The notes under the pieces were generated by a model. The model saw nothing but the letters and a program-made list of their open reading frames with translations, was not told where the DNA came from and did no database searches. From Macrostomum lignano (taxonomy: Eukaryota), in contig NIVC01000343.1 in NCBI GenBank assembly GCA_002269645.1, forward strand, positions 227,273 to 291,272: 64,000 nt of DNA, given 5' to 3'. Made by a program: the position numbers and the translations under genes. Positions 24,865 to 38,618 of this stretch are shown here, in pieces. How positions within the stretch are numbered: position 1 is the stretch's first letter; every line of letters begins with the position of its first letter.

Positions 24865-25965
24865 ATATAAAATTCGTTGGAGCTAAACGTTAGGCAAGAT
24901 ATACCAAAAGAAATGCTTTGGACGAGCTTCCAATAAAAACAGTTGCAATTTTAATATGAAAAGAGTGAAAAGTTCCTCCTAGGCCTATCTTCTAATCTTC
25001 GTAGTGTATTTTTCGGCGAAAACCAGTCTGAGAAACATTTTCTAAGAAATGTATTCGGTATTCCAAGTTGGTCCTTGACTGCACATTGATTTGACATCAG
25101 AGAAGATCAGCCACAGCGATCTATGTTCTTTTGTGTTGATGAAAGAATAATCAACTTCAAATTTATTCGAAGGGTAAACGCTTGAAAAAGACGGGATTCT
25201 CTAGATGAGAGTGACCTCCCCAATAGCACAAAATTAACATTTTAATACCGGTATTAATTGTCTAATATTTTAAAAATTTCAAACAATTTGCTTGAAATTT
25301 TATTAAATTTTTAGCTTTAAAGGATTCTAAGTACCAGTTTTTGAACTTACCAAGAGAAATGTTAAAGCTGGTTTGTTTATCTACAAATATTTTTCTATGA
25401 ATATTAGCGGCAAACTAACTGTGATGCTGAATAGTGCTACAGCTTATTAGAGCTGGTTGCCAGCATCCAGAATAATTTTTATTGCCCCCCCTCCCTTTAA
25501 GTGGGGCCCAGTAAGTTTTCTTATCAGTTGGCTCTGGTGCAATCATTAAAATTGGCTGTGAAGTTTATCTCGCTGATAAAATTTGCATTAAATAAGCCCA
25601 TTTAAAACAGTTTTTCGACTATTTAATCGGGGACCTTTAGCATTAAAGCAGATACAAGAAATTTTAACTGTCTTCCTTCTAGACAATTTTGAATCTTTTA
25701 GTGAAAACGCAATCAAAATTGGTCAAGAATTGCAATCTCTAGAGTGTTATGGACATACAAACAAATATATTAGAGATTTAGTAGGCCTATATTTGGATTG
25801 ATTGGATGGATGGATTGATGGATGGATTGGATGGATGGATTGGATTGGATAGATTAGAAGATGGGATATGCAGCAGACAATGTAGCAAAACTATGCTTAT
25901 CTAGATAATTTAGGTTCAATTGTGGGTGCTACACTCACAGAATTTCATTTGGTTTATACATTGGC

Positions 25966-26410
25966 AGTTGTTATTTGTCTGGTGACCGGACAAATAGCCT
26001 TTTTGTTAATTTGTCCAGTTAAATTGCTAACACAAATATCTTATTTGTTTTATGATGAATATTATAGATTTTTAAGACCTTTTCTCGTATACTGATTAAT
26101 ATTTTCTTGTATTACTTGAGTGTAAGCAAAGCAGTGTATTCAATTCGGCATAATTTGGTGTATAAGACACACACTAGTATAACAATATAATAATCAAGAT
26201 ACGAGTAAGAAGTCTTTGAAGTCTAGAAATATTTACTCTTGTGGGTTTTATAAACTAGATATTTTAGCATATCAATTTAACCGGACAAATAACAAAATGT
26301 CTATTTGTCTGACATTAACCGGATGAATAAGAAAGCATGATCAGGAGTCAGTAACCAGACAAATAACCATATTGCTATTCGTCCGATCACTGGACAAATA
26401 ACAACTGCTT
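25966..26410. mobile_element. Older foldback/MITE-like element
   Basis: GCAGTTGTTATTTGTCTGGTGACCGGACAAATAGC is mirrored by GCTATTCGTCCGATCACTGGACAAATAACAACTGC. Confidence 0.5.
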
Positions 26411-28399
26411 CATATATTTAAATGTATCAGTACCATTAAGGCCTAATATTTTTACAATTGTTAGTTTTCCAAATAAACTACTAAATACCCAATAGTATCA
26501 AGTACTTTGTTAAAACTTTTTTGTCCTTAAAAGGGTTAATTTTTAATATTTGCTTAGCTGCTGGCTTTGCTTAGAATGACCAAACAGACCCTAAGATTAA
26601 GGCAAAAAGACTTGCAAAATTCAAAATTCAATATGTAATAATAATGATAGGGCCTAATAATACTAATAATAATGACAATATTGATTTAATGTCAGTACAC
26701 AGAAATAAACACAAACAACTGCACAATTTTAGCCATGGGGATAAGCTGAAAATTATTGACAGATCCATGTGGATAAAATTAGAATTATTGACATGGCCTA
26801 TAGACTTGAATGGTGGTAGCTATTTCATTAAGCTGCTATGAAGATAAGCTAGAAATTATCAACATGGATAAGCTGGAAATTATCAATATGGATTTGTATG
26901 GATAAAATTGGAATTATTGATATGGGACTGTGAGGATAAGCACTTCCACTAATCTATACTAGATACTATACCTATCTCTTAATAATGACTATGTCTTTAA
27001 TGCTAATAGGGATAATAAAAGCCTATATACTAAAAATAAAAGCCTAAAAATGTTTAGAAAGATATAAAGATATAATAGGCCTATATCATACATGCCCAAC
27101 CTCAAAATTTCACCTGTCCAGTGTGATTTAATTTTGTCCAGATTTGCGACTTACCTATATGCCACTATACTGAAAGACTGAGGGGGAGGGGGAGTAGCAT
27201 ACATATTGCAATATGGTGCTTATAGAAAAATGGAAGTATCTCATTTCTTTTCCTTTTCTCTCACCTTCACTCTTTTTCCCGATTGATTTATCATTCACTT
27301 ATGTAGAATTGCAGACTGCAATACAATTGCAGTCGTAGACTAGCAGTAATTAAAAGTAGTATCTAAGTAGCTGAGTCAAGAGTGAAAGATAGAATAAAAG
27401 TATAAAAAGTATTATATTTCATCATTACATTAAATAAATTTGTCAGAACTGCAAAATACATAATTTTCTTTTTTCTTTATTCATTTTGTTACAAAGCCTC
27501 AGCAAAGGAGACAACAGGCAGAAAAATCTCCTAATTGCAACTTAGTTCCTCCCAATTGTGACTTAGTTATTCCTGATTACAACTTATTTTCTCAAGATTA
27601 TAACTTGTTCTTCCCTATTGCAACTTATGAGCTAGTTTCTCCCAATTGCGACTTAGTTCTTCCCGATTGCAACTTAGTTCCTTTCAATTGCAACTTACAA
27701 GCTAGTTCCTCAAGATTGCAACTTAGTTCCTCCCAATTGTGACTTAGGTCCCCCCAATTGCAACTTATTTTAACTTTGTAGGCCTATATGACTTTTTCTT
27801 GCTTTTTTTCTCTTTTCTTCTCTTTCTCTTTTTCTCCTCTTTCCCTCTTTCTTCTCTCTCCTTCCTCTTTTATTTTTCTTTTCCTCTTATTTCTTTTTCC
27901 CCCAATTTTTCATTTTTTGCATTTTTGATTTTGCAACTTACCTTTGCTGGCAGCCATTTTACCTATCTAGTTTGGACAGGTTGAGGTTGGATAGGTGTTG
28001 GGCATGTATGGCCTATACTATAAGGGCTATGTAATTAGTTTCCAAAATAATATAGTTAAGAAAAATGTATCATTTTTTTTAGTATTTAAAACTTTTCAAC
28101 TTAAAAGTCAATTGTTAGAATATGTATTACTGAACTCATTGCTTTTTTATCCATTTAGTCTTAAAACCATGTTAAAAGATAGCATTATCAATTCATCCTT
28201 TTTGATCTTTTTTAACTCTTTTCTGAGGCCTTAAATGGTTTTTCATGGGTTTCAAAGTTCAAATTAGAGATAGGACAAATAAAATTTTTGAACCAAATCA
28301 ATTTGATTCAAATATCCAATAGAACTGATTTAAATAACAAATAATATTAAGTACAAATATTTTAATGAATATTATCCCTTTAGTAGCCCTCAACCAATA

Positions 28400-29000
28400 G
28401 GCTAGCATCTTTATTTCTTGCTCAATAAAATGTGCCTAGTCCAAATGCCAACTCTATCCTTCCAAGTTTGTAGGAATCAATGCTCTGAATCCATGTTCTA
28501 TAAACTTTATTTTTAATGCTCTACTTCTAAAGCTTCAAGTCTGAGCATTGAGACTGCTTAATCACTGAGCTGCCTTTCTTCAAGACATGCCATATATTGT
28601 CCCATTCTTAATTCCTCCTTCATTTATGAGCCATAAGCCTACAACCCCTAATACTCTCAACTCTTTAAACTCAAATGTCTCAGTCCTCCATTCCTTCTAA
28701 AGCCTTCTCAAACCTTAACACCATATGCTCAATTGTTACATATCTAATCCTTTTGCCTTTCCTTATAATACAATTATCCCTAATTCCTTTTCATTTATAA
28801 GCTATAGTATCAATACTTAACTCTTGACTTGTTCCAAATCTTCATTCCATATCATAGCAACTATATAGTGCAAGTTATTTAGATTATCAATTTTCTGATT
28901 CAAACAAAATATTTGGTTGATTTAATTTAATTCCAAATATTCCAAATATTTGTCACACTTCTAGTCCAAACCTCTTATTTTATTTTTTATCTTTGAAAAG
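28400..29000 (-). mobile_element. Possible highly degraded L1/Tx1-like LINE remnant
   Basis: Broken minus-strand fragments KGKRIR and RNGGLRHL resemble the post-RT W.GK..RI...GGL motif; many stops. Confidence 0.3.
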
Positions 29001-30615
29001 AAAAAACCACAAGGATCCAAATCTACCTTAGTGCATCCAAAAAGTTCTTAGACACCTGTCTTATCTCTGCATCTGTTTGATCAATTTTTATAAAAATTTG
29101 CACAAACATAGGCTTATACATCATGAATTCAGTGCTTCAGTTTCAGCTTAATCAGGTTGACAGAGCAAAAGCAATCAATCATTTACTGAGGAACCTACAA
29201 AATTAGAAATACAATTTTAAACTCAACAAAATGTAAAAATTAATGAGCAAAGAGTTCAAACTGACAAGTTCCAGAGCTTCAAAAGCCAGTTGTGAAAATC
29301 ATTAAAATCTTCATTCAATTGAATGCATTTGTCATATTGCATTGGCAACTCCTCAGTCCTCATCCTCAATCCACATATCCCTAGGTATTGCTCTGATCAG
29401 CCCCTCATTAGTATTAAAACAACTAGGGTTTAATCAATATTCATAAAAAGCAGTGATATTTTGCTGATTAATTTTTATAAAAATGAGCTGCAATGTCACC
29501 ACTGGAGTCCAGATTCAATGCTCTTCAAAATTGTATTGCTAATTTTGTAGGTTCCTCAGTAAATGATTGATTGCTTTTGCTCTGTCAACCTGATTAAGCT
29601 GAAACTGAAGCATTGAATTCATGACATATAAGCCAATGTTTGTGTAAATTTTTATAAAAATCGTTTGAACAGATGCTGAGATAGGAGTGGTGTCTAAGAA
29701 CTTTTTGGATGTAGTAAGGTAGTAAATGTAAAAGATATAACTTATAAGCAGTCAGATTTGTCATATACAAAAATTCTATGGTCACCTTTGCCTTGTGATT
29801 TGTTTTGATTTTATATTATTGCTTTGGCCTTTGGATTTGCAACATTTTTCATTTGCAAAAACCTATTTGCTTTTTGGCAAGTAGTAGTACTTATAAATAT
29901 TTGTATATAATATATTTTTAAGTAGTATATAAGCCACTTAATTCCTAAATATAGTTGTAATAAGAGAAGAATATAAAAGTACTCTAGACAAGATGCAAAT
30001 ATTTACAAGTACTAAGCAAAGCTAGTCTTCTGTTTCTTTTAATGCAGACATCTAAGCCTCTGCATGTTAGTGTGCTAAGTAATTTTATAAACAATGCTTT
30101 AGCATTTTAGCATTAAAGCCTTTTATAAGCCTTTACATCTTAGCAATTCCCCTATGAACCATGAACTATTGCATCTGAGCAATTCTTTGTAAGTCTTAAG
30201 TCATTAAATTTTAGCGATTCCCCCTATGAACTTTGTAATATCAGCAATATCTCAGTAATTGGTAGGGGTTAAAAATGGTAGACCCTAGTGCTTTTTTAAT
30301 GCTTCAATATGCATTTTAGGACTCAACTCAACTTGAACTAAATGTTTAAAACTCGTCTCAACTCAATCCTCAATTGTTAATTTGTTTATAAACCATAATT
30401 GTTATTTGCCATAACTTTGCGAACCAAAGTTTATATGAACATCTTTTTAATTTATATTGTTTTAGAATTATCAGAATTCAGCGTCTTTAGCATTATTAAG
30501 ATAAAATATGTTTCAATACAAACGATTTTTAGTTAAATAAGGAGGAAAAAACTAAGTAAATTAAGAATACTGATCCCTATTTGAATTACAGATACAAACA
30601 TTAATAATCAGCAAG

Positions 30616-31011
30616 ATGGAATTCAAAACTGCCGAAGGCCTCCTAACCAAGCCAATGTACACTGGCGAGCCACTGGCCCGCCCGGCTCACTGCCCCGACC
30701 CGGCTGTCGCCTCGGCTGCTCACCCGCTTCAGGCGTCCGAGACTAATTTCTCTGCTCAACGCGACTCGCGCGATCTGGAACTGGTGCGCGCTGTCCAGGG
30801 CAAAGCGGCCGCCATCGCCATGGCCATGGAGCGTCGCCTTGCCGGCCAGTCCGACCGCCTGCCTGGCCTGGCCTCATCCAGTCTGCAGGCCAGAATTTTG
30901 CGCGGCTGCGACTCGGAGATTGGCTTCGAGGATCAGCTGAACCTGGCCTGTCACAGCGAGGCGGCCGGGCAGCCGCACGCCCTGATGGAGAAGAAGCTGG
31001 GCCTGCTGTAA
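30616..31011 (+). CDS. POMP: Proteasome maturation protein (UMP1/POMP), single coding exon, 131 aa
   Basis: HPLQASETNF, QGKAAAIAMAMERR, RLPGLASSSL, GCDSEIGFEDQLN and PHALMEKKLGLL match the UMP1 family pattern; AATAAA at about 31047. Confidence 0.93.
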   Translation: MEFKTAEGLLTKPMYTGEPLARPAHCPDPAVASAAHPLQASETNFSAQRDSRDLELVRAVQGKAAAIAMAMERRLAGQSDRLPGLASSSLQARILRGCDSEIGFEDQLNLACHSEAAGQPHALMEKKLGLL

Positions 31012-31512
31012 CTGGCGCTCTATTTTAGAGGGGGGCTGGGGTGTATAATAAATATGTCAAAAAGTGTTAGGCTGGTGCACAGACTCATGTCAGGTGGATT
31101 AAGTAACAATGTTTTTGCTAATTAACAAGTCGCCTAATTCTTAATAAATATACGAGTATAATATTAGTTATAAAGCTTAGTAATTCAAGTATTGTCTTAT
31201 TCAGAAAGTTTCTCAGATACGTTAACCCATGAAAGCATGTTTAATTAATAAATCAAACTAACAAATACAGAAGGTTCCAGTCTTTTTTGTTTTCTTATCC
31301 GCCAAAAAACTTTTGTTATTTTCTTTTGATTTATGTTTACATATTGCATAGTTGCAGATGGACTTTGTTTCTGTGAATTAATGTTGGTTGTCAGTAAAAA
31401 TATTGTTCATATTTCATAATAAATTTTACATTGCAGTTAACTCGCAAGACTGGGTCAACTTCTGCTTTATTTGGGATAAGAACAGACAGTAATCCTCCGC
31501 CTAGCAACTCAA

Positions 31513-34500
31513 ATGCAACCGGGCGGGTTGTTCAATCTTGGCGGAACTAGCGGCAGTCTGTTCTCTTCCACTGTTGCAGCAACAGGCAGCAGCGGAGGCG
31601 GCAGTCTGTTCTCTTCTGCTTCAGCAACAACAACAACAGGCAGCACTGGAGTTGGAGGCGGCAGTCTGTTTTCCTCTGCATCAACAGGAGGCGGAGGCCT
31701 GTTCTCTTCTGCCGCAGGCGGCGGCTCCTCTGGCGGTTTGTTTGCCGGGTTCAGCTCAACTGCTCAGCAGGGCGCTAGTGGTTTTGCCTTCGAACCGGAC
31801 TCTAACAGCGATGAAGGGGAAGCTGACGGCGCATCTGCCCAGCCACCTGGCCAAGATGGCGCCAATCGTGAGGAAGAAACCGACAGCGATGGCAACCAGA
31901 TGCAGAGCGGAGAAGACCAGGAAGCTGAGCAGGAATACGATAATGATGGCGATGATGGGCAGGATGATGAAGAAGCCCAGGATATCGAAGAGGATAATTC
32001 TAGCGCTAAATCGGCCACTGAAGGCGACGAAGCTGAGGACAATGAAGATGAAGATACGGAGAAAGACACAGAAGACAGCAATGGAAACAGCGCCAGCGAA
32101 GGCAGTGGCGGCAGCAGCAGCAGTAAGCAAGCCGCGGAGCCAAGGCGACTGGCTATAAAGCGACCGGCCGACCGGGTGCAGCTTGACCAGATTAACGAGG
32201 ACCGAACTGAAGAGACCGATTTTGTTGGCGATCTGCGTCAGCGGATTAAAATTAGTCGGCGAACAAGCGGCAACGAGACTGCTCAGCAGCAGCCGCAGCA
32301 GTCCAGCACTTCTATAGTGTTGCGCAATCTGCCAGCCGAGTTAAACGCTGACGAGCCGCTGCGTCGCCTATTCAAGGGCGTCATCCGGGTGTACGCTAAC
32401 TGCGCCAAATGTCAGGCTATTTTACACTTTGACAGCGCAGCCGCCGTTGATGCTGCTATGGAAAAGGCCTCGTCGGCCCGCCTGCGAATCCGATGCCCCA
32501 ACTTGGAGGCATTTCGACGTCGCCTGCCCGGTGGTGGAAGCGCCACCGCGGCGCCGGCGGCCGTGTCCGCGCCGGCACAGGCGCCAACTATCAGCGCCTC
32601 CTCGTTGGCGCTGCCAGCGTCGCAGAGCTTGGCAGATCGAATCCGAGTGCTGGAATCCGTAGAGCGGCAGCTCAGAGTCAAGCTGGGCAAATCTGGCGCC
32701 GCTGTGTCGGCCACCTGCCAGGACATGTGTCCGGAGAAGGAGCGCTATCTGCGCGAGGATCGGCATCGAGTGCACTCGTTCGAGGCGGCGCCGGGCCGGC
32801 CAGGCGTGATGGACCCGGCCAGGGCCGTCAAGGAGTACTCGCGCTCCGCTGCTGATCAGGAGGCTCCGCTGCCCCACGAGCTCCGCCCCTTGCCTGTGCT
32901 GCAGAGGACTCTGCTATATCTGTCTACTTGTATTGCTGATATTGGCGATCGAGAGGGGCGCTGGCAGGAATGGTGCGTTTGGTTTATTTCATTCAATATT
33001 TTTAAAGCTGTTGATGCTAGTGCTAATCTCGTGAATGATAATGATAAATGCTTATCCTAGTTGCTAGATGCTTATCCTGGTTGATAGATGCTTACCTAGG
33101 TTGTTAGATGCTTATCCTTGTTGCTCTAGATGCTTATCCTGGTTGCTAGATGCTTATCCTGGTTGCTAGATGCTTATCCTGGTTGATAGATGCTTACCTG
33201 AGTTGTTAGATGCTTATCCTTGTTGCTCTAGATGCTTATCCTGGTTGCGCTAGATGCTTATCTTATCCTGGTTGCGCTAGATGCTTATCCTGGTCGCTAG
33301 ATGCTTATCCTGGTTGCTAGATGCTTATCCTGGTTGCGCTAGATGCTTATCCTGGTCGCTAGATGCTTATCCTGGTTGCTAGATGCTTATCCTGGTTGCG
33401 CTAGATGCTTATCCTGGTCGCTAGATGCTTATTCTGGTTGCTAGATGCTTATCCTGGTTGCTAGATGCGTATCCTCTAAATGCTTATGCTGAACATATTC
33501 TGGTTGATATACGCTCGTACTATACGGTAAAGGTTAGATCCTAAATGTGCCTACAACCCCAAACGCCAAAGCCTGACACTAACTAGCTAATTGTGTTACT
33601 CCCGCTGTGCCCCGACAGGTACGAATTCCTATGGGATCGAACTCGCGCTATTCGCAAAGAGGTGACTCAACAGCGGCTGTGCAGCCCCGGCGCAGCCGAG
33701 CTGGTCGAACGCTGCGCCAGATTCCACGTGTACGCCGGCGCCCGCATGGTCGGCATGCCAGCCGACGTATTCGATGAGAAAATCAATAATGAAAATCTAA
33801 GTGTCTGCAGACTCTGCGCGAGCTCTACAGCGACTTGTCTGGCCAGTGTCCAAACGAGAGCGAATTCCGAGCCTATATGATCCTCATGAAGCTCAATGAT
33901 CCCAACGTACTAGACGAAGTGCATCAGCTGTCCGCTGACGTTCGCGCCTCTCCGCAGGTTCGTGCAAATTGTGTAGCGCTTTAATGTCATTCTCAGGCAG
34001 GCGGCTGTACACCCTGTCCGAGTGCTGCAGAATCGTAAGAGTGATTCTGTGATCTCAGTGATCTCAACTCAACTCAACTCAGTGATTCTGCAGCCACTCT
34101 AGCGCGCCTCAGACACGACTCTACGACCACCGTAGTCATTAAAGAAGCGCCCCAAAGAGTCGTTTCAAATTTGCAGACAATGAAACGCCTCAAATTGACT
34201 TTTTGATGACTTGTACCCTGGCATCTCGTCGTTTTTGAGTCGTCTAGAGTAACTTCATTTTTATCTTCTTATCTGCCTTACCTGTACCGACTCTGGGACG
34301 CTTCTTGGCCTAGGTACCGTTTTCATCGGGATGGACATGCTTTTAATGTATTTTCCTCCATTCAAACTCGCAGGTTCGTCTGGCGCTTCGGGCCTTCTTC
34401 GCGCTGTCTAGCAACAACTATGTTGCTTTCTTTCGCGCCGTCCACCGGGCCGAGTTCCTGTCCGCCTGCCTGCTGTTGCGCTACTTCACCCAGGCCCGCA

Positions 34501-36896
34501 TTGCCGCCTTGCGAACAATGAGCTACGCCTTGCGCCCGCCGCCCTCAGCCGGCCAGCGGCTGCGCCTTCCGCTTGGCCGCCTGCCGCTTGGCTTTGAAGA
34601 CGCCGACGATGCGGCCAGTTTCTGCAAATTTATGGGCTTCGAATGCGACTACGAGACGTCGGTAGATGAGCCGGCCGTCTGGCTGGAGCGGGCCGTGGCC
34701 AGCGCGTTCGATCCGACCGAGTCGCGGTCGGTTCGCGCGATTCGAGTTGTGGAGAGCAAACGCGGCAACCGGTCTGTTGGCGAATGTCTCTGGGGCGGCC
34801 CGCTGCCCGAACTGCGACTGCCCGAACCGTCTGTGAGCTTCGACGAGCGCGGTCGCTACATTGGCGACCTATCGTTGTCACGCGGTGCCACTCCGCCGCC
34901 GCCGCCGCCGCCGCGATCGAAAACCCTGACTGCTGCTGTTCTCCCGACTCTGACGTCGACATCGTCTACTCAGCCAGCAGCGGCGGCTCCTTTTAGCCAG
35001 GCGGCCCCCATCTTTCCGTCATCGTCTACGTCGCTGTTCTCACAGACAGCTGCTGCTGGGGCTGCGGCAGCGCTGTTCCCCACAGCCGTGTCGAAGGCGC
35101 CAACACCGCAGCCTCCCGTTCTAGACGACAAGCTTATCGTCTCTTTATCAGACGAAATCGTGTCCTCCGCTCTGCCGCCTCTGCTTCACAGCGTTGCAGC
35201 TGATGTATTGGATGGCGCTCGGGCCCTATCTAACGCCGTTGCCGACGCTTACGCCGACACTTTTAACGGCGCCACAAGAGATTTGTGCGCCGAAATTGCT
35301 TCGGAAATGCTGGCCGAAACTCGCTCTCACACGACCGCTATTAGTGACGTGGCTGACTGTCTGATTGGCGAAGTTATTCATGAAGCTATTCGTCGGGAAA
35401 GCCAAGAACTGCTGGACCGCAGTCTAGTTGAGTCGCTGGACACTGTAATCTTTGACGCGCTGATATTTGAAGAATCTGAACTCGCCTGTCGCCAGTTCGT
35501 TGCCGAAAAGTCCACCCGGCGCAGTCTGGATTCCAGTCTCATTCTTGAGCATCGCAATCGGCGGCTTCGCCTAGTCTGGGACTCCTGGCGCCGTCTGTCA
35601 GTAACCAAAGCGGCCTCGCGCGCCCGCCTGTCAGACATGGCGCCGTGCGCTCCGCTAGTTGACCCGTTCCAGCTGGTGGACCGTCTGCACGGCCGCCAGC
35701 CGCCCGACGTGTCCGTAGCCCGGCTGCCCCGCGCCTCCGCCGATCCTTCGCCAGCCGCCGCTGCCGCCCTGGCCGCAGCTGCCGCTGTCTCTCGGCCGAT
35801 TCCCCTGCCGGACACTTGCCGACTGGCGCTTCTGCTGTCCCCTGACTGTCCCGCCGCCGCTGCTAGTTGGCTCCGGCTGAAGTTGGCGCCAGCGCTAGTT
35901 GCTGATACGGCTGAAGCTGCCGAAGCTGCGGCGGCTACGCACTGCATTGCTGACGTGTCAGTTCTCGGCTCGGAAGCTCATCTGGCTCTGCTACACCTGC
36001 CCACTCTGGGCTTCGCCTGCACTCCCGAGTCGAACTCCAACCGCGTAGCAACTGTTGGAACTGTTCGACTGCGCCTGCTGGGTGGCCGGCCCACGCCTAT
36101 CTGGCATCGGGATCTCCTGCTGGGCTTTCGCTGGCTGCTGGACCAGCCCACTCTGCCGCCCTACAGGCTGCGACAGTCCACGGCGCCTAACCTGGCTAGC
36201 GCTGTTGAATCGCTTCTATTGGATGCTTATTTCCGCCCGCTGGCCAGCCTAGCCGAGCGCTGCGATGCCGCCGGTCAGCCGCAGCCTCCTCTACGCTGTT
36301 TGATTCAATTATACAATGCCTGCATTGTGGCTCTGGGCCCGCTGGCCTCCCCTGCCGCCGTTGCCGAACTACGCCTGCCAGATGCGCCGCTTCCGCCGCC
36401 GCCTGCTTGCGCGACCTCCGCCTGGCGCGTCAATCAAGAAGCCATCGCATGGCTTCTGTCCGCCTATCCGCCCGCCTGTCCGCTGGCCGGAGCTGCCGCC
36501 GCGCTGTCGGCCAACCGGCCAGTCAGTCGGTTTCCCTGGGCCCGTCTGGCCGCCCGCCTGGCCGATCGTCGCCTGTCTGCCCGCCTGTCCGCCGACATCT
36601 GGCAGCGAACTCCGGCCGGTTCGACGGCGCCTGTCCGGGCCGAACTAGCCCGACTAGACGTTGACGACTTCTTGCCAGAGCATTTCTATCAGCAATGGCT
36701 GCTGCAGGAATCGCCAGCTAGGACGGAGGCGGAAGCGCCGTCTAGCCAGCGGTACGTCGTCTGGCGCCCGCCGCCTCCCAAGCCGTCTCCACAGCTATCT
36801 GAATTAGCCATGGCAATGGAGAAACTGCGCCAGAGATTGCACGAAGCGCAGGCTGAAAGTCGCATGACTGCTCAACTGCTAAGGGAATCGTTTTAA
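31513..36896 (+). CDS. MCM3AP: GANP/SAC3 (MCM3AP, xmas-2-like) TREX-2 scaffold; 3 exons with an apparent frameshift at ~33800
   Basis: Exons 31513-32972, 33619-33957, 34374-36896. N-terminal GGLF/SLF repeats, acidic tract and RRM-like segment. SAC3 motifs [13 protein letters not shown]-like ([13 protein letters not shown]), [55 protein letters not shown] and [11 protein letters not shown]. Confidence 0.9.
33060..33475 (+). repeat. 20-22 bp minisatellite (GCTAGATGCTTATCCTGGTT)n in GANP intron 1
   Basis: Directly visible. Confidence 0.95.
34070..34330 (+). repeat. Dispersed repeat, copy 1 (GANP intron 2); related copy at ~45465-45730
   Basis: Shared blocks CAACTC.GTGATTCT.CAGCCACT, CATCTCGTCGTTT..GAGTCGTC.AGAGT and GGGACGCTTCTTGGCCT.GGTA. 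Confidence 0.7.
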
Positions 36897-37909
36897 ACGC
36901 GTGGATGTTTAACTCACTTTGGGCTTCTCTTTGGGCTTCTTGAAGTACAGGTTAGTATTAGGTATTGCGATTTAGTTGTATAGACTAGAACATTAGGCCC
37001 CTTCGAGAGCAAGTATTATACTACGACCCCTTGATGACACTTTCCTTGATGCCTGATAGCAAATTCCATCTTCGCCACGGTATATATGAGGATGCGGAAG
37101 ATGCGGATTAACAGTAGACCTTTTTTGTGCGCCAAGACAAAGCAACGCAGGCACACGAAATTATATATTATTATAATAGAATATATTATTATAACTACGG
37201 GATATTATTTTGCGGGATGTATTCAGATAAATCCCGGAGCCATACTTGTATGTCTATGGTTGAAGGCTCGAGGGATTTAAGTGAAATACCGACCGAAAAC
37301 CCCATAGAATATCTTATACTTTGTCAGGCAAGTTTAGAATTCCCATTTGGCAGCAGTAGATTTAGTCTTGCCCATAGACATAGACAGACAAAAGGCAAGC
37401 AACCAATCAAAATCCTGCATTTATTTCCTAAAACAAAACTAACAAACGCTTAGAGGTTTCAGCCTGTTCAACTGCAACACTTGTTTGTCTTTCCCATTGC
37501 TTGCGGCTAAAAAACTTATATTTATCGTTTCATAATGCCTTGCAATAATAATAGTACATATCGCATTTTTACTTGCATTGATGAATGATGCGTTGTGACA
37601 GTTCATTATGCATAAGTGTTGCTTTAATTATTATATTTGAATTCTTTTATAACTTCAGAGTGTAAGATTTTACTAGATTTGACTTACCCTGGTAGTATAG
37701 TACGGGTTTACAGACAGGAACAGAGGGAAAAGTTTATCCAAGTATTCAGGTCAGGTTTCAGTCAGGGGAATTTCTCAGATATATATTAGTTAGAGACAAA
37801 GGGGAATTTCTCAAATCCACAGTAGTCAGGGGCAAAGGGAATTCTGTCAGTCTAATTTTCAAGCGGTATTATCAATTAATAGTTTAGGAGTAGTAACCTA
37901 GCAAGAGTA

Positions 37910-38107
37910 GGCCGGGGTTGTAGCCTAGTGGTTAAAGGGTCGGACTCACGACTGAAAGGTCGGGGGTTCGATTCCCGATCCCACTGGGAACAATTTGTGT
38001 CCTTGAGCAAGACACTTGAAAACTCTGCATTGCGTCAGTTCACCCGGCTGTAAAATGGTGGTTAAAGCATTAGCTGAGGTGATTGAGGGTGTGTGTGGCG
38101 ACCCCCC
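37910..38107 (+). mobile_element. tRNA-derived CORE-type SINE, copy 1
   Basis: A box TAGCCTAGTGG, B box GGTTCGATTCC, then TGTGTCCTTGAGCAAGACACTT...GCTGTAAAATGG resembling the CORE domain. Confidence 0.8.
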
Positions 38108-38253
38108 TATATTATAGAATAAAAAAACTATGATAGTAACTGCATTCTACTTCAAGTAGTATCCCATCAACCCTGCGGACTTTTTATGCCTAGCTAGTCG
38201 CCACTCTATTCGGCAGCCAGCTGTGTATACACGTGCCTTCATCAACCGTTGCC

Positions 38254-38586
38254 ATGCTGCCGCACAACCTGCTAATGGCGGCCGTGAACCACCCAATGCT
38301 GGTGGAGTTAAAAAATGGCGAAACCTACAATGGGCATCTGGTGAGCTGCGATCACTGGATGAATCTCAACCTGCGCGAGGTGATTTGCACCTCTAGAGAC
38401 GGCGACCGGTTCTGGAAGGTGCCCGAGTGTTACATTCGCGGCTCAACTATTAAATACCTGCGCATACCCGACGAAGTTGTCGACTTAGTGAAGGAGGAGC
38501 AGACCAAGGTTCGCAATCAGAATCGCAATGCGGACGGCGGCGGCGGACGCGGCCGCGGCGGCGGCAAACTCGGCGGCGGACGAGGC

Positions 38587-38618
<32 letters not shown>

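Noticed and set aside
33795-33805. Programmed ribosomal frameshift in GANP
   Set aside because: No slippery heptamer or obvious downstream structure; the pattern matches the other single-base deletions.
34630-36664. Overlapping antisense and alternate-frame ORFs in GC-rich exons (also over XPO6, JADE and sFRP)
   Set aside because: Expected by-products of high-GC codon usage with few stops; no recognisable motifs.
37910-37985. tRNA gene
   Set aside because: A and B boxes are present, but the sequence continues into the CORE block shared by three dispersed diverged copies and I could not fold a clean acceptor stem; called as a SINE head.
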